A DNA stretch of 48,103 nt from Nemertoderma westbladi (taxonomy: Eukaryota; Animalia; Xenacoelomorpha). The DNA is taken from assembly GCA_032718475.1 (NCBI GenBank), contig JAUCBJ010001003.1:1-48103 (forward strand), in the 5' to 3' direction. Both the position numbers and the translations under genes were made by a program. Shown piece by piece: positions 1 through 13,405 of the stretch. Numbering within the stretch: the stretch's first letter is position 1; every line of letters starts with the position of its first letter. Below the pieces are notes generated by a model that was not told the origin of the DNA, did not search any database, and saw only the letters and a list, made by a program, of their open reading frames with translations.

Positions 1-461
1 AGTTTCAGTTTCATTTTCTAAAAGGTAGGTTTAGTTTGTTTAAATTCTCGCTTTTGATACAAACTATTTGAAAACTGGAATTTCCAATTTCTAACAATTA
101 TATTAAATACATTAATGGACAGATGCAATTAATTAGGCCTATAATAAGATATAATTTATGTTTCTTGGTAATATTTGAGTTATTGTAGAATCAAGTATGT
201 TACTACACTACACTAAGAACAGATACAGAAAAGTACAAGTATGGATGTGGTTAAATTATTAATTAAATTATTAAAATTATTATTTTAAGTAATTTATTAA
301 TTAGTTGGCGAAATACACTTTCATATAGACTTTCAAAATTCACTTTTAATTATTCAATTTAATTTGAAATTTAATTAACATATTTCTTACAGGATATTAT
401 GAGGGTTACTTTGGCGGAACGTTGAGATTGTATTCCTAGTGTTGAAATATAACGATTTACG

Positions 462-969
462 ATGTCACTCGACGTTACCGTTTCCCGGGCAACCAACCTG
501 CCCAACGTGGAAAAGTTCCGCTCTGCCAGCGACCCGTACGCGGGAGTGGAATTCCGCGGGGAGCGGAAAAAAACGGAAGTTAAAGAGAAAACTAAGGATC
601 CGGAATGGAACGAAACCTTTAAGTTCGATCTAAAGGGAAAAGCATTGAACCCCAGTGACGTCATCAGTATTGATATAAAAGACTACGAAAAGATCGGAAG
701 GAATAAACTCCTCGCAAAGGCGACGCTTCAGTTGAAAGATTTACTGAAAAACCCGACAATGTCGGTTCAGATACCGGTTACCGACAGCAACAATAGGAAG
801 GTTGAAGGGGCAGTGCTCGCTTTGTCGGTTCAGTACCAGGCGCCAGGGGGGGCTGCTAAGACGGCTGTGGTTGAGGGAGTCGCTGATACCGGGAACGAGA
901 ATGTGGATGAAGAAGATGAGGATATTGAGGAAGCCGCTGTTGACGAGGCTGGTGAACCTGTTATCGATG
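462..969 (+). CDS. MYOF: Type-1 ferlin (myoferlin/dysferlin-like), exon 1 of 6 (C2A domain). Join 462-969,2523-2638,2839-3051,3654-3863,5080-9828,9988-10287 = 6096 nt, 2031 aa
   Basis: C2 motifs (ATNLP..SDPY..KKTEV..PEWNETF..DYEKIGRNKLL); donor G|GTGAGT at 970; all exon phases join in frame. The symbol is approximate: likely a co-orthologue of MYOF/DYSF/FER1L5. Confidence 0.9.
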
Positions 970-1339
970 GTGAGTTACAGTACGAATTTAATTATCCATT
1001 CCCCTCGACCCACATTGGTACATTTGGGTCCAAGTGTATCTACTCAAAAAATCGTCTTACAAGTTAGAGTAGTTTTGCATTAGTTATTAAATTAGTATTA
1101 GTTATTAAATACATTAAAATATTTCAATTATTTTCATACAGGTAGGCCTACTGACTGACCTGGGACTGACAGACTGGGGTGCTTTCTAGCGAGAAGTTTA
1201 CTGAGTCAATGGTGTTAAATGGCCGTAAACCTATTTTTTTTTAAACTTAATTTAATTTAATTTTAAACATTATAGGGAGAGGTGCAAAGGTTACTGCGTC
1301 GGTGTTTTCTAACTAAAATAAATAAAGATTATTAAACCA

Positions 1340-1512
1340 AGGCGCATCTCTGCCTTGCATCCTTAAGTGGTAGCTAAATGAGTACTGGAGATTCCTCTGG
1401 GGAGTATCGTTTTGGGGGAACGCCACCGCACTGTCTGGGATGGAAATAAGTCGTCAGACTTTGTGCGTAATCCCTGGCCTAACGGCGGAAGAAATCTTAC
1501 TTTTTTTATTTT
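1340..1512 (+). mobile_element. 5'-truncated SINE remnant with conserved core and T-rich tail (ferlin intron 1)
   Basis: CTCTGCCTTGCATCC..GTAGCTAAATGAGTAC matches the core CTCAGCCTTTCATCC..GTCGATAAAATGAGTAC of the SINE at 24326-24534. Confidence 0.5.
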
Positions 1513-2522
1513 CGACCGATTTTTTAATTTGTTTTATTTCTTTCTTACTTCAACTTATAATTTTTTAACCTTACAGAACGTATCGCAATTAAATTATTTA
1601 ATCAATTATTATTTATATTATTATTATTATTAATTAAATTATTCCGTTTAGATTTACCCGAAACTTTTAACCAGCATATAATCTAATCGATCAGTATTAT
1701 TATTTATATTTATAATTCTTATTAACATCGATGCTAAATCGCTTTGATAATTCGATAGTAACAAATCTAAATCGCTTAATGTACCAAATTCTTATTAAAA
1801 AATAATGACATTTGATTTTTTTAATCAGACTCACCCAGCACCTTTATTCCGGTAATTTGCATTAACAAGGGTATTTCTAGGCGGCTGGCTAAACGATTCC
1901 TCCCAGTGTGCCGAGGTGCCGATGGGGTACTGAAGGGCAACCATAGTTGTTCCATCATTATAAAACGTTACTGCGGGGCCCAATTAGTTCAACTGATTTC
2001 TACTGCGTGACGCGAGGCCTGTCAGAAACGGCCTACTGGCTGCACGAGATCGGCCGTAATTGCAGGTTTTGAACGGGAGGGCGACGATTTCATTTAAGTT
2101 TAATGAGATTCGTAAAGATCTAATGATGTCAGGTTTCTGATACTGAGAACAGAAAATCCGCGAAAATCTTAAAAGATAAGAAAGATAATACGGCTGCTAG
2201 CGGTAGTTGTGTCTTTCCTTTTGTGACTAGCTAAGAAAACTAATGAGGAATTCTGTATAATTTAAATTTTCCGAATTTCCGGGATTTTGTTAAGTTGGAT
2301 GTTAATTAAAAATTCCTTATGTTCACACAAAATATATTCATACTATAGATATAACTTTACGAGTAAAAAGACAGCCAACGACAGACTGCAGATATACAAT
2401 GGAACAGAATGACTATTTATAATGTTCTAACAAGTCTGTCTGCGGAGCTAATCAAATTTTAAACACAAACAAATCTATAAAATAATATAATTGGTTGATA
2501 GTGTGATCAATTTATATTCTAG

Positions 2523-2638
2523 AAACGACAGGTTTACCGGTTCCCGCAGCAACGACACCTGGCGGTCGTAAGAAGCGGAAATTAAAGTCGGGAGGCAAAA
2601 GTAATCGAGATCTACCCAATAAGATTCAAGATATTCAG
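2523..2638 (+). CDS. MYOF: Ferlin exon 2 (linker ending LPNKIQDIQ)
   Basis: TTCTAG acceptor at 2521-2522, CAG|GTTAGT donor at 2639; phase 1 to 0; resembles the ferlin LxNKPQDFQ motif before C2B. Confidence 0.85.
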
Positions 2639-2838
2639 GTTAGTGGGGCCGGGGAAGGGTGGGGGGGGGGGGGGGGGGGGTTGGGTAACAGGTAACTCAC
2701 ATGGGTAAAAATTGATCTTTATATTGTCAGTAAAAAGGAAATCCTGTTACAAGACAAGGTAATGTGGAAAATTGTTGGGAAAATATGGAAAGTATTTAGT
2801 ATTTAGGATGATAATCAGATTATTCACCGACATTCTAG

Positions 2839-3051
2839 ATTCGCGTTAAAGTTTACGAAGCCCGAAAGTTAGAAGGTGGTTCGTGTTCCCCTGTCTGTCG
2901 TATTACAACCTGGACGGAAACCAAACAGACTAAAGTAAAGAAACAGACCGACACTCCCTTTTGGAACCAACAATTCCATTTCAATTTTAAAGCTATGCCG
3001 AATGAGTTGTTTGATGAGACAATTAATGTGGAGGTGTACAATTCTAGAAAA
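2839..3051 (+). CDS. MYOF: Ferlin exon 3 (C2B N-terminal part, IRVKVYEARKL...EVYNSRK)
   Basis: AG at 2837-2838, GTAAGT at 3052; manually translated C2 motifs (TKVKKQTDTPFWNQQF). Confidence 0.9.
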
Positions 3052-3126
3052 GTAAGTTACTAGAGTAACCAATATGAAATGAGCATGAACAATAACTGCT
3101 AACTGCTAACCAATCACAGACTTTCA

Positions 3127-3596
3127 ACTCGTTACTCTCCAATTTAACACTATTAACTGCTAACTCGTTACTCTCCAGTTTAACACTATTAACTGCTAAC
3201 TCGTTACTCTCCAGTTTAACACTGTTAACTGCTAACTCGTTACTCTCCAGTTTAACACTGTTAACTGCTAACTCGTTACTCTCCAGTTTAACACTATTAA
3301 CTGCTAACTCGTTACTCTCCAGTTTAACACTATTAACTGCTAACTCGTTACTCTCCAGTTTAACACTATTAACTGCTATCTCGTTACTCTCCAGTTTAAC
3401 ACTATTAACTGCTAACTCGTTACTCTCCAGTTTAACACTATTAACTGCTAACTCGTTACTCTCCAGTTTAACACTATTAACTGCTAACTCGTTACTCTCC
3501 AGTTTAACACTATTAACTGCTAACTCGTTACTCTCCAGTTTGACACTATTAACTGCTAACTCGTTACTCTCCAGTTTAACACTGTTAACTGCTAAC
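3127..3596. repeat. 36-bp minisatellite, about 13 copies, in ferlin intron 3
   Basis: Unit CTCGTTACTCTCCAGTTTAACACTATTAACTGCTAA. Confidence 0.97.
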
Positions 3597-3653
3597 CAAT
3601 CAACCACAGACTCGGAATTTTTTCAATTAATTCCACCGAATAATTTTCTGCAG

Positions 3654-3863
3654 ATGAGATCGGATGCCCTGATCGGGGGGTTTAAGATGGACATTGGTAT
3701 GGTTTACGACGCTCCGAATCACGCTTTCCAGAGGAAGTGGCTCCTCCTAACTGACCCTAAAGAGGAGGCCGCTGCGGTGAAGGGTTACGTTAAGGTGTCT
3801 ATAGTGGTACTGGCGGCCGGTCAGGAGGCACCAGCTGATAAAGCACATGATGATGACTCCCAG
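3654..3863 (+). CDS. MYOF: Ferlin exon 4 (C2B C-terminal part, leading into FerI)
   Basis: TTTTCTGCAG acceptor; RSDALIGGFKMD..HAFQRKWLLLTDP..KGYVKVS ferlin motif; CAG|GTAACA donor. Confidence 0.92.
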
Positions 3864-5079
3864 GTAACAACAAATAAATGGATTATTCAATAATATTAAT
3901 AATTCATTCATTCATCATCCGAATTACGCCTCAGCGGATGTTAATGGTAAAATAAGATATAAAATAGCAACAATTGCACTAAAATAGTAATAAAATAGTA
4001 AGTAATAACTACTGTAGTAATAATAGGCCTAAAACAATTAAAATACTAATTGTGCTAGTTGTCATAATGAAGTATATAATAAAAAAAGTATTGTTAATTT
4101 CGTAATACCTTAATTTAAGTATAATTATCACTAAATTAAAATTAATTTCATTTAAAAATAGGAATGTCAATAATACAGGAGGATCATTGACTTGTAATCA
4201 GTATAGCAAAATAAAATATTGGTAACAGTTATATAGAAAATAATACCTTGGTTAGTAATACCTTGTAATAGTATACCATTAAATTATAAAGTGGGAGTGT
4301 GGACGATCATAGGCACTCAGCTCTCTTTAAATGTGTCAATATTTTGGGAAAATAAATATCATATAAGGGTTAGATATTAGGTCATTTGTTGAGATAATAA
4401 GTATATCCAGCGAAAACAGAAGTTATAAGCCCACCAAGAATAATATTGAATAATAATGCTGCTCCCCGTTAGTTTTTAGATATTAAAAAAGAAATTATTT
4501 TGAACTTTAAGTTACGATATTTTACATTTATGGTTTGTTCATTAATTTCTAATTTAGGCAGTTGTTATTGTTAGTACTGATCAATTTTGTCCGGCTGTAA
4601 AGTAAAGCACGTGTGGTCTTTGGTATAGGTCTACTGCAGTGGTTTGTGTCATATTGTTCGGTGAATTATTTCCGTAAATGCCAGTTAATATATTGTTTAA
4701 CTTTATAGGTCGGGTGACTTTATATGGTTGGTGAGAATGCTTTATTATGTGAGTGAGATTTTAAAGCAGCGTCACAGCATGTGACATAGCTGTGACCAGA
4801 GTTAGGTCCTTTGTCTGTATATCCATTACATGTAGCATGGAATTACTTACTTCTGGGTAGTACCTGGGACCTCCTACAGCCTACACCTGTAACTTAATAG
4901 GTTATATGAGCTGCATTCTTGTTTGACACCTCTCATTTGTTTCGAGGTTCGAAAATAGTTTAGTTATCAATGTTCTATGACACTTTAATACTATGAATTT
5001 GTTTAAAGTAAAGTTATAGAAATTTGCACCTCTGCCTAATAATTTATCTTGAACATTAATATTTTTTCCCGTTTTACAG

Positions 5080-8000
5080 GATATAGAATCGAATTTGTTG
5101 AAACCGGCAGGCATTGAATTTATGCCGGTGACATACTGGGTCAGGGTGTACCGGGCTGAAGACTTACCGCAAATGGACCAATCGGCATTCGAGGGTCTCA
5201 AAAAAATATTTGGTTCAGGTGACGCTCGCAAAGAACAGGTGGATCCATTCGCATTGATTCAATACGCAGGAAGAAAGCTCAAAACTCAGGTGATCACTGA
5301 ATGCGACCACCCAGAGTGGAATCAAGAACTCCGACTGATGGCCAAGTATCCTTCAATGTGTGAGAAAATTAAGATATCTTTACGAGACTGGGACCGCATT
5401 TCTGAAGATGACGTTATTGGGACAACCTACATAAACCTTAGTGAGATATCCGCATCTGGAGAGGAAGGGTTTCTTCCAACATTTGGTCCAACATGGGTAA
5501 ATCTTTATGGTGGACCGAGGGAGTTTGGGATCATAGGTGCCGGATATGATTCGTTGAATGAGGGTAAGAAGGTTGGAGCCGCGTACAGAGGTCGCGTTCT
5601 AATGGAGATTGGCACGCGATTGGGGGAGAAACCAAGCGAACCTGTAGGCGATATTATCCAGGATGAAGTTCTGCTGATACAGCCCTGGCTGCGAAGAAGG
5701 AAGTACCGTTTGTTTGCGAGTTTTGTTGATGCGACAATGCTGGCCAATGTAGATGCGCCAGCCGAGTTCGAGGTTTCTATAGGAAACTATGGAAACAAAC
5801 TAGATCCAGGCGAGCCTCCCATGCCTTCAACTACTCCACCAACCAATGCCGCCTTTGACGGTGTTGGTTATTACTATCTGCCATGGGGCAACCAGAAACC
5901 TTGCGTTGTTATTGATTGTGATTGGGAGGATGTATCATTTCGACTCGAGTCTTTGAATGCTCTATCCAAATTAGTTAACAAAGTTTCAAATAGCCTAGAA
6001 GTCATCCAAACCGCAATAAAAGCTAAATTAGAGAAAGCTGATATAGCACAGTTGATAGTTGGCTTGCTTGATGAGATTACTGAATCATGTAAGGGGCCTT
6101 TACTTCCGGATATTGATGAAAAAACGCGAACAAATTCATTAGATTTGCAACGCTTGCAACTTAGAAAAAGAAAACTTGATGAAATTGCCGAAACTACATT
6201 TGATTTACGTGAGAATGCCACGGATGTTGATGAAACTGTTAATGAGCTAGATAATATTGTTGCTGTTTTGAAGTCTATGGCAATTGAGCCACAGCAGAGC
6301 ATGCCAGATGTAGTCGTGTGGCTTCTACAAGGCAGCAGTCGTGTTGCTTACTGCCGCATTCCAGCTCATCAAGTGCTTTTCTCAGAACGTGAGAGTGGAT
6401 GTGGCGCCATGTGTGGTCGTACTCAAATGGTAGTTCTAAAGGTAGCCGGTGGCACAGACAATGACAAGGAATTGGCGGGTGTCATTCGAATAAAATTGTG
6501 GCTCGGACTCACCAAGCATGAACGTGACTGGCACCGTTCAGAAACAGAGGCCACATCGGTTGTTTTTGCTGAAACATATGAAAACCAAATTAGCATTCCT
6601 ATAGTTGGGTGGACCAATAAGGGGCTGACAAGACCAAAATTTTCCGATTCTACAGGGGAAATAGCTTTGAACAAGGATCACTTTGGTGTAGCTTCTGGTT
6701 GGAAATGGGAAACAGACTGGTTTATTAGCCCGGAATTAAGTGCCGACATGGGGGATGATGCATCCCATAAAAAGTTTCTTGAGGATTGTTTTGAGAATGA
6801 GGTTCGCATCCCTGGGTTGGACTGGCAACCAACGTCAACTCCATATACTGATGTGAGGGGTGATGCTTCCACTCCTAAGGATGAGGTTGTCTGTGCTGAG
6901 GGTTGGTCCTGGGAGAGTGAGTGGCAGGTAGACATTAATAGAGGTGTTGATGAAGATGGTTTTGAGTATTGTGTGGAGTCAACCATGGGGGGATGGACAG
7001 CTGCTGTCAAAACCTACCATCTATGCCGTCGGCGTCGGTGGGTCCGACCTCGAATAAGGACATCGACTCCTAAAGTTGTAAGAAAAAAAGCCATAAAAGA
7101 TGATGAAAATGAAGGTTGGGAGTTCGCAAGATTGTGGGGAATGAAGTTTCACACAGTAGAACGTACAATGGACATGGTGCGAAGGCGGCGATGGCATAGA
7201 AAGATGATTGCTGCTTCAGATAAGGCAACTCCTGTATTTTTCTTTGAAATAAACAAACCTGGTGATGATAAGAAAGATTCGGGAAAAAGTGGTGACAAGT
7301 ATGCCCCACGAATGTTTCTAGAATACAAAAATACTAGAAAGTACCAACTTCGAGCCTATGTCTATCAAGCAAGGAATTTGTTTAATGCTGATAAAGACAG
7401 CTTCTCGGACCCATATGCCAGAGTGATATGTCTCAATCAGAGCCAAGAAACTGAAGTCATCCAGGATTCAATATGCCCCACTTGGGATGAGACATTGATA
7501 TTCGATGGCCTTGTCATTTATGGGAGCCCTGAAGACCTGGCTAATAACCCACCAAAACTATTTATAGAAATATTCGATAAGGACCCCATTGGAAAGGATG
7601 AGCTTCTCGGTAGAGTATCTGCTATACCTTTAGTTAAAATTGATGCAGATGATTCCAGAGTCCCAAAGCTGGCGTGGCATGATGTACTCCGTTATCAAGA
7701 TAAATGCGGTCAGTTACTCGCTTCGTTTGAATTAATGTTAGCAGATGGTGTAATGGATCTACCATTTGAACCTCCACGAAAATCAGAAACGGAAGATAAA
7801 TTTCTTGTTCCCAGTGGTATACGGCCAATTCTCCAGCGAACTGGTATCGAGGTGCTATGTTGGGGTGTTAGAAATATGAAGAGATTTGAGTTAACTGCGG
7901 TAGAGAATCCATCAGTGCATTTTGAGGTTGGTGGTGTTGTTTTGAAATCGTCTGTGTGTAAAAATGCTAAAAAGCACCCAAATTTTGATGATCCAGTATT

Positions 8001-9828
8001 ATTTATGGAAGTTATGTTTCCTAAGGAGTCGCTGTATGCTCCACCAATGAACATACGAGTCATTGACCACAGACAATTTGGACGGAAACCCCTTGTTGGC
8101 ATCCATACCATTGCGGAACTTGAGATGTACAAGTGCGATCCTGCACCACTTGAAGAACCCGCTGAGGAGTCTGCCATTGACACTGTCGATGCTTCTGTAA
8201 TTGACATGGAAGGCATGGAAGGAGTTGAAACACCACAAATTGTTGAAGAAGAAGATGATAAAGAAGATTATGATTGGTGGAGTAAGTATTATGCATCTCA
8301 AGGGGATCGCCATAAAAGTGGTGATTACTTGAGTTCCGGTTATGATTTGATGAAGATTTATGATAAAGAGCTTAAGAATGTAGAAGGATTTGAATGGTTT
8401 AAGGATTTTCTGCACAGTTTCGACCTTATTCGTCATGACAAAGATGCTGATGATGATGATATAGTTGGAGAGTTTAAAGGGGTATTTAAAGTCTACCCTC
8501 TGCCACCAGACCCTTCATCACCAATGCCACCAAAGTTGCTTAAGTCATTGCCAAACAGCACAATGGAGGATGTGATAGTCCGGGTTTATGTTATAAAAGC
8601 TACTGACTTGGAGCCTAAGGATGAAAGTGGATTTTCTGACCCATATATTGTTATTAAGCTTGGGGATGAAACAATCAAGGATAGAGATAATTATGTTCCA
8701 AACTCTCTAAATCCAACATTTGGTAAAATGTTTGAGTTAACAACTAAGTTGCCTTATAAAAAGGATCTCAGCATTGGGTTGAAAGATTATGATTTGATTA
8801 GTAAAGATGATGATATTGGGTTTACACATATAGATTTGGAGGACCGATTTTTGACCTGCTATAGGGCATTATGTGGCATCCCGAAGACATACTGCACATC
8901 AGGTCCAAACAAGTGGAGAGATTGTCAGACCCCAAAACAAATATTAGAAGTAATTTGTGAGAAGTGGAATATGAAAGGTCCTGTGTTTATGCCGGGGGGG
9001 AGTGTAAGAGTGGGTGATAAAGTTTACAACTTGGCAGAATTTGAGATTGAACAGGTGAAAAACAAACACCTTAGCAATTCTGCATCCCAGCGGTTATGTC
9101 TACACACTTTGCATGCCTTGCGGGTAGTACCGGAACATGTTGAGAGTAGAAACCTGTATTCAGAGATCATCCCGGGAATTAGTCAGGGGAAATTACAGAT
9201 GTGGGTGGACATGTTCCCAAAGAGTTTGGGACCTCCAGGAGATCCTGTGGATATATCCCCGAGAAAGCCCAAGAAATATGTATTACGGGTGGTCGTGTGG
9301 AACACATCAGATGTGGTACCAGATGAGACAAGCATCACTGGTGAGAAGATGAGTGATATCTATGTGAGTGGCTGGCTTGAAGGTGGAGATGACGACACTC
9401 AGAAAACTGACATCCATTACCGGTCACTAGATGGTGAAGGGAACTTCAACTGGCGGTTTGTTTACGAATTCGACTACCTACCAGCTGAACGGTGCATTGC
9501 AATCAACAAGAAAGAGCATTTCTGGAGTCTTGATAAAACAGCAGAACAGGTTCCAGCACGTTTTCACATCCAGATTTGGGACAATGATAAATTTTCAAAA
9601 GACGACTTTATAGGATCAATCACCTTCGATTTGGAGCGGATGGTTGAACCTGCAAAGTTTGCGCGGACTTGTACCCTGAAGCAGATCCAAGACAACATAG
9701 GCCAAGGTTCCCAGTCCAATCTGACTGGACCAAATATATCGCTAGCAAGTAAACCAAGGAAGTCATTGTTTGATAGGAAACGTTTAAGTGGCTGGTGGCC
9801 TTGCGCTGCTGAGGAGGATGGCAAACAG
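5080..9828 (+). CDS. MYOF: Ferlin exon 5 (4749 nt: FerI, C2C, FerA, FerB, nested DysF, C2D-C2F)
   Basis: 1598-aa ORF with DIESNLL, GFLPTFGP, EVSIGNYGN, RRRRW DysF motifs, TDIHYRSLDGEGNFNWRF; TTTTACAG acceptor, CAG|GTTGGT donor. Confidence 0.96.
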
Positions 9829-9987
9829 GTTGGTTATTCACTTTTTTGCATTATGTTATTTCATTTTTGTAATAATGCTTTACGTTTCTGATTTGCCTCT
9901 TTCCACATACCTATTTTCCATCCTATACTACAATTGTAACCGTAGTGATTTTGCTCATTCCAAATACCTATTTCCCATTTCTTTCAG

Positions 9988-10287
9988 ATTCTAAAAGGGA
10001 AGATCCAACTGGAGATGGAATTAGTTAGTGAATCGGAAGCGGAATCGCGACCAGCTGGTCGATCGCGCGACGATCCCAACCAGAACCCGACGTTGGAACC
10101 ACCAAAACGTCCGGAAACCTCGTTCCTTTGGTTCACCTCTCCCTGGAAGACATTCAAGTTCATCATCTGGAGGAGATACAAGTGGCTGTTCATTGGAATG
10201 TTCTTTCTGCTTCTTTTGATCCTGTTTATTGGTCTGGTTCTCTACAACGTTCCCGGATACGGCGTCAAACGATTTTTAGGAGCGTAG
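9988..10287 (+). CDS. MYOF: Ferlin exon 6 (C-terminal tail anchor)
   Basis: TTTCAG acceptor; [37 protein letters not shown] plus a hydrophobic TM segment; TAG stop. Confidence 0.95.
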   Translation: MLKGKIQLEMELVSESEAESRPAGRSRDDPNQNPTLEPPKRPETSFLWFTSPWKTFKFIIWRRYKWLFIGMFFLLLLILFIGLVLYNVPGYGVKRFLGA

Positions 10288-11870
10288 TCATTGGTAGTTG
10301 AGTGGGTTTGCAAGTACTGATTGTCTACACTTATAGTTTACCTAAATATTCGCCTGTGGTTGTTTTACACTCTACCTATAGCGGTAGGCCATAAAACACA
10401 ATATACAAAGTATAAATAAAACAACTTTAGTAAAGTATGCGGCACAGTTTAGCTCGCATACCGGTATCATAGTAGGCCTACCGGTACATAGTACCGGTAC
10501 CGGTACCAGTACCATAGTTTATTGATTGAATTTCATTATGGAACTATTTGAGTGAATTACGTTCGGGCAATTTGAGAAAAATACGATTTTTATTTTTATT
10601 TTAAAAATAAGTTTGACCCTAGAGCAATACGAATAAATGATTTTATGGAACTATTTCGGTAGACTGGTAGTAAATATTGCCGATTAATACTTGCAATTCC
10701 ACACTCATGTTCCGCTGTTTAACACATAGATTATTTCTGCGACTTTATGGACGAGAGATTATCCAATATATACCAGGTCTATATCTTGAATGTTCTATCT
10801 TTAAAATAAATAGCTACATATTATTATTACATTGTTATATTATAATTATGCAAATTATAGTTCGTCAGATATGTGCTTATTAATTATTTTATTCAAAATA
10901 ATATTTATAATTTTAATATTTAATTACTTTTAAAAATAAGGTTCTTCCTGATTAACTCTTTAGGTACTGAAGTAGCACATATTAAATTTAGATATATATT
11001 ATAGTATATTAAATAATATATTATCCCGGTTGAAAATTTATTTTATTTATTCCGATGTATCCTATTTAGTTGTTTGTTCACATAATGGTTTTTAAAAAAT
11101 TCAAAAATACTATGGAAATAGAAATACAATTAAATAAAATGTATCCAATAATTCATAACTAACATTTATTTAAGGAAATACAAGGAGATATTGAATAAGT
11201 TTAAATGTGTGAGGTTAATAGGAAAAAATCAAGAATTGATAATAAAGAACTTTATACCCAATTATTTTATTACAAATTACGATTTTTCTCGAAATGGCGA
11301 CAACTTTGATTAATTAAACAGACTTCATCTCAGGGGAGTTATTTGAGATCTGAAACCTCTTTGATCAATTAGTATTCTATAGCATTAGTAAGAGAAGCCT
11401 TTCCTCGCGGCCACAGTGTCGCTTGCAGTTCGCCAGTTAGTTGTAATTTTAGGCGCCTTAGGGTATCAGTAAAGCCGGAACCTATTACCTTACGAATATA
11501 TTACCAGTTAATCCCAACGTTGTGAATCAACCGTTACTTTCTCACATCATTTTCCATCGTGTTTTGTATTCACAAAGCATATTTTGTTTTGTCGTGTGAA
11601 TGACTAACTTATTAACGGGTCCGGTAATTGAAAAATGGAGGCCGGTGTATTATTGAATTATAGTACTGGGTACTGGGCTTGCTTAGAGGGAATTATTCCA
11701 CCCTAATTAGATCTGGCGATAGAGTAAATAGCTGTACAGGAAGGGACCACGCCATATTACTGGATCCAATATGTGTTCACTGTCCCCACTGTAAGCAAAT
11801 CAAACACAAATAATTCCAATGAAAAAAGTTGTAAAATTGTAAAGTAAAAATTTTTATTATGTGAAATTCG

Positions 11871-12128
11871 CCCATGTGAAGAATACCAGGATTTCACTTT
11901 TCGGTCGACTTTTTATTGGAATTTTATATATGAAGATTTTTCATTTATTTAAAATTGATCTTTATTAGGTGTTTATATCGCTTATTTCTGTCTTATAACC
12001 TGTACATATACTAATTCGTTTATTGTTTTGGTTAGATTCAGCTCCTTCTGCAACCTGTGTTTTTGGTGAAAACCTGGTATTCTTCACATGGGGGTAACTG
12101 CAAAGTGAAATATAACGGCAGAAAGTCT
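11871..12128. mobile_element. MITE with 20-bp TIR CCCATGTGAAGAATACCAGG (inverted copy of 27299-27577)
   Basis: TIRs at 11871-11890 and 12073-12092; body aligns by eye to the reverse complement of 27318-27577. Confidence 0.85.
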
Positions 12129-12504
12129 ATGTAAAAATAGATTATAGTATTAGCAAATATCACACCGCTAATCAATAGTTAACTATAGAGCTTTTCATTT
12201 TCATGCTTCTATCAAGAGAATTGGAATCACGAAATGTGACTCCCTTGTGGTGAGTGTAATGATTATTTTTGCTATAATTATCTTTCTAAAATTTGTATCA
12301 CTGTTACAAATTTCTTTGATCTCATTAATATTGGAGGGACAAATTATGAGGTGGGGTGGGGGTGTCAGGTACGTGAATTTAATTGCTGTACGCCTACCAA
12401 ACAGTATTATTAGTGGATGGAAATGGTGTATTAAATAATAAGATGATAATGGAAGGGTTTACTGTGGTGGAAGATCGCCCATGTCATGGTGGTGTGAACA
12501 GGCA

Positions 12505-13405
12505 ACATCATCATAATGATGATGGGGTGATGATAACTCCACCTACTGGCTCCAGCAGTCCAGGAAATCCTGCCAAGTACCTAACTGATCTAGACTTTGC
12601 TGATGACTTAGGAGTACTCTCAGAATCACTAGAGGGAGCCCAACGGCTCCTCAGCTCATTAGAACATGCTGCTTCTAGTGTTGGTCTTTTTATTAACTCC
12701 AAAAAGACCAAAATTTTGACAGTTAACTTTGAAAGTCCTCAGCAAGTCTCTGATCGGATGAGCATAAGCTCAAAGGATGGTATGCTTAAGCATGTGGACG
12801 ACTTCTGTTATACCCGGGATAATGGATCCGGAAGTCAGGTGAGGACCTTCGAATACGTAAGGGGAAGCCTTGAATAGGCTTTCCAGGATTTGGAATTCAC
12901 AGAAAATTAATCGGACACTTAAGGTCCGATTATTTAGAGCAACAGTAGTTCCAGTACTCCTCTATGGGAGTCCATGCTGGGCTCTAACTGCTGAGGACAC
13001 CAAATCTCTGGACGGCACATTCACAAGAATGCTACGCCGGGTTCATTGCGTCAAGTACAATGCACACATCTCAGACCAGACACTATATAACATTGGAGGT
13101 GTCTCATTGGTACCCCCAAGCTTGACACTAGAACAAAGTCGCCTCCGCTTTGCAGGACATTGTAGGTCATTGAGGACCAGCCAGTGCATAATCTTGTGCT
13201 TTGGCAGCCTCATGGAGTGAATAAGCATGGTGGACAGCCCATGACTTTCTTGAGACGCATCATAAAGGACACTGGCCTTGAAGATGCGGATGATCTAGCA
13301 AATATCATGGGTGATAGGGAGTTGTGGCGGTGCAATTTTGTTGACAAGCCGGCACAGCATTCTTAAAAATACAGCTGCAATGCAGCATGCCGATCCTAGT
13401 AGTAG
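12505..13405 (+). mobile_element. RTE-clade LINE 3' fragment (RT C-terminus, frameshifted), copy 1
   Basis: LTDLDFADDL..VGLFINSKKTK..VLLYG..LDGTFTRMLR; (TAG)n tail; TSD GTGAACAGGCA at 12494-12504 and 13406-13416. Confidence 0.92.

Noticed and set aside
3044-3607. 187-aa repetitive ORF (ELAVNSVKLESN)n
   Set aside because: Antisense translation of a 36-bp intronic minisatellite; it is open only because the unit is a multiple of 3 without a stop.
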